From positions 8,900,799-8,952,886 of the forward strand of contig NC_068991.1 in assembly GCF_001194135.2 (NCBI RefSeq): DNA of 52,088 bases, written 5' to 3'. Positions 49,578-52,088 of the stretch are shown one piece after another (the stretch's first letter is position 1; each line of letters begins with the position of its first letter). The position numbers and the translations under genes are program-made. The notes below the pieces were generated by a model. That model ran no database searches and had not been told where the DNA came from. It worked only from the letters and a program-made list of their open reading frames with translations. This stretch comes from Octopus bimaculoides (lineage: Eukaryota).

Positions 49578-51149
49578 AATTAACACATGGGAGCCAAGGA
49601 AGATAACTCTATTTTCTAATCCTCAGGTTTTTTTTTTGGTTTTTTAATTTTCATTCATCACAATACCTGCATCGATTCTCGTTCGATCACCGGTGTTAAA
49701 CAATATCGAGCCTAATTAATGCTTAGATACGAGAACGCTTGGTAAACCATGCTGCTGTAAGCATTTGATTTACAAGAAGTCGGTGCAGGAACGTCTTTGT
49801 GGTCACTGGTGCTGGTAAAAATAACTGTTAAATCTCTCCCTCAAAATCACATCTGCTGTTTTCAAAAAAAAAAAAGAAAGATGACATTCGATATACAGTA
49901 ATATAGGATTGTCATAGCTGGAAAGACTATCACCATTGCAAGTCGAACGGTAATGCGGAAATCGTCTTCTTCCTTCTTTATTGATACTTAAGAGGGTGAA
50001 ACGACTAAGATTACAGGATCGCGTTCTGAGGATCGTATGACAGTTGGGTCGACATTGCTTTTTACATTGACCACTGGGGGTCAATTCTATGATAACACCC
50101 AATGTTGTTGCTTGACACCAGATGAGATCTTATCAAAATGACTTATGTTCAAAGGTGTTCCATTTTTTTGTTGCTTGTTTCTTATTGTCCCCCCCCCCTT
50201 AGTCGCAGTTTATATATAGCACTACATTATGCAAAGTGTCCGCTCTTTTTCAAGATGATGAAATGAAATCTGAGGAAGATTTAACTATTATTTCTAGGCT
50301 CCCTCGTTGGTTCGATGTAATAACAATTGTTGTTATTATTGTTGTTTAATCCCAGGTTAGTTCTGATAGAACGCNNNNNNNNNNNNNNNNNNNNNNNNNN
50401 NNNNNNNNNNNNNNNNNNNNNNNNNNNNNNNNNNNNNNNNNNNNNNNNNNNNNNNNNNNNNNNNNNNNNNNNNNNNNNNNNNNNNNNNNNNNNNNNNNNN
50501 NNNNNNNNNNNNNNNNNNNNNNNNNNNNNNNNNNNNNNNNNNNNNNNNNNNNNNNNNNNNNNNNNNNNNNNNNNNNNNNNNNNNNNNNNNNNNNNNNNNN
50601 NNNNNNNNNNNNNNNNNNNNNNNNNNNNNNNNNNNNNNNNNNNNNNNNNNNNNNNNNNNNNNNNNNNNNNNNNNNNNNNNNNNNNNNNNNNNNNNNNNNN
50701 NNNNNNNNNNNNNNNNNNNNNNNNNGTATATGCATATATACGTACAGGTATGTGCATACCGACATCCACCTGTATGTATAGATGCATATCTGGGTACAGG
50801 ACATTGCAAACAAAACGTAGACGAGAAAACACACAAGCCACATAGAGAACATTCTACTTCATCAGCTACCCCCGTTTTAACACCGGCGTTTCGAAGAGCT
50901 GGGCAGGACGCATCGTTAAAACGGCTCTTCCCATGGACCGCAAATTAAATTTGTATACACAAATTAAATCTTGCCATGGAGGAATGTAGTGGCGGACAAA
51001 AAACAAGACAGGAAAACAAACAGAAAAGGCTTTACGGCCAGACGAGAAAAATTGTGTGTATGAACGCTATGCATGCACAACATTTGCGGAGCAGGTGATT
51101 TTTCTCCAGTTTATTATAAAACAGTTCAGTTACGGCAAAAATAATTATT

Positions 51150-51359
51150 CTTTTCTACTCTAGGCACAAGGCCCGAAATTTGGGTGGGGGCAGTCGATTA
51201 GATCGACCTCAGTACGCAACTGGTACTTAATTTATTGACCCCGAAAGGATGAAAGGCAAAGTCGACCTCGGCGGAATTTGAACTCAGAACGTAAAGACAG
51301 ACAAAATACCACTTAGCATTTCGCCCGGCGTGCTAACCATTCTGCCAGATCGCCGCCTT
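51150..51359 (-). mobile_element. SINE family A, well-preserved copy
   Basis: CTACTCTAGGCACAAGGCCCGAAATT...GAAAGGATGAAAGGCAAAGTCGACCTCGGCGGAATTTGAACTCAGAACG...TTCTGCCAGATCGCCGCCTT. Confidence 0.85.
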
Positions 51360-52088
51360 AAAATAATAATTATTGACACTGTTCCGTTGTTTCTTTAGAC
51401 ATTTCTTCTCTCTTCTGCAATACTTCGCCTTCAAATTCCAACCTTATCGGTTTATCTGTCCGTGTCTCTCTTTTATTTCTGTCTTCCTCTTACCGTTTCT
51501 CCGATCCTTCTCTCTCTCTCTCTCTCTCCTTCAGTTTATCATCCTCTCCGGCACCCTCAATTTCCCCCTTCCCTCTGTCTACTTCATACAAGAACAGATT
51601 TCAGCCAATAAGGATTGTGAGGAATAGCGACCGACTCCCTCTCATATACCATACCTTACTGTCTTAAAAGAACCAGACTGCATAGTCCCATGACGGAGAG
51701 GTCATGACTGGACCACCTTTCAACAGCTGTCTGCTCTGAGATACAATGCTGACGACGACAAGAGCGAAAAATATTTTAAAGGGAAACAACTCCATCTTAT
51801 TTTTAAGCTAACTTATTCCTTCTGTAACAATTTAGCTTTCAACTGAAGCGCTTCAATTTTAACCACAGATATTATGAGTTTGTGGGTATTAAAACCTCGA
51901 TCTCAACTTGTCAGAAGTTCGTTTCTATTTCACAACACCCAAATACCTAAGAGTGATTTACGAGAATGAGATATAATTGATTTTGAAGTAGAGAAAGAGA
52001 GGAGCGATTGAGCGAAACGGACGAGAGAAAGGGTACGCGGAAGAATGAAGTGATACACACACACACACACACACAGACACGCATACAT

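Noticed and set aside
49600-50110. Divergent head-to-head partner gene of NHLRC2 (as DCLRE1A in mammals)
   Set aside because: No recognisable coding exon on the plus strand in the remaining window.

Overview
AT- and microsatellite-rich animal DNA with spliceosomal introns, five assembly gaps and many tRNA-derived SINEs and MITEs. The repeat families look like those of octopod cephalopods (inference). Genes were reconstructed by hand from splice sites and reading frames. They are: the terminal coding exon of RNASEK (+, 1052-1273); three intact paralogous patatin-like (PNPLA-fold) genes (+ 5908-10085, 490 aa; + 15866-19322, 523 aa; - 28005-23681, 509 aa); and a complete 10-exon NHLRC2 (-, 49577-37295, 723 aa). 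The main find is the patatin cluster. All three proteins keep the catalytic DGG Asp and an MGxxxS myristoylation-type N-terminus. All three replace the G-x-S-x-G nucleophile Ser with Gly (G-x-G-[T/S]-G) and carry GCG in the oxyanion loop. They also share an octamer+TATA-like promoter module. This suggests a selected family of membrane-anchored patatin pseudoenzymes or altered-chemistry enzymes. NHLRC2 pre-mRNA contains several long inverted repeats, including one that brackets the terminal exon. A decayed full-length mariner and a Tc1-like fragment are also present.
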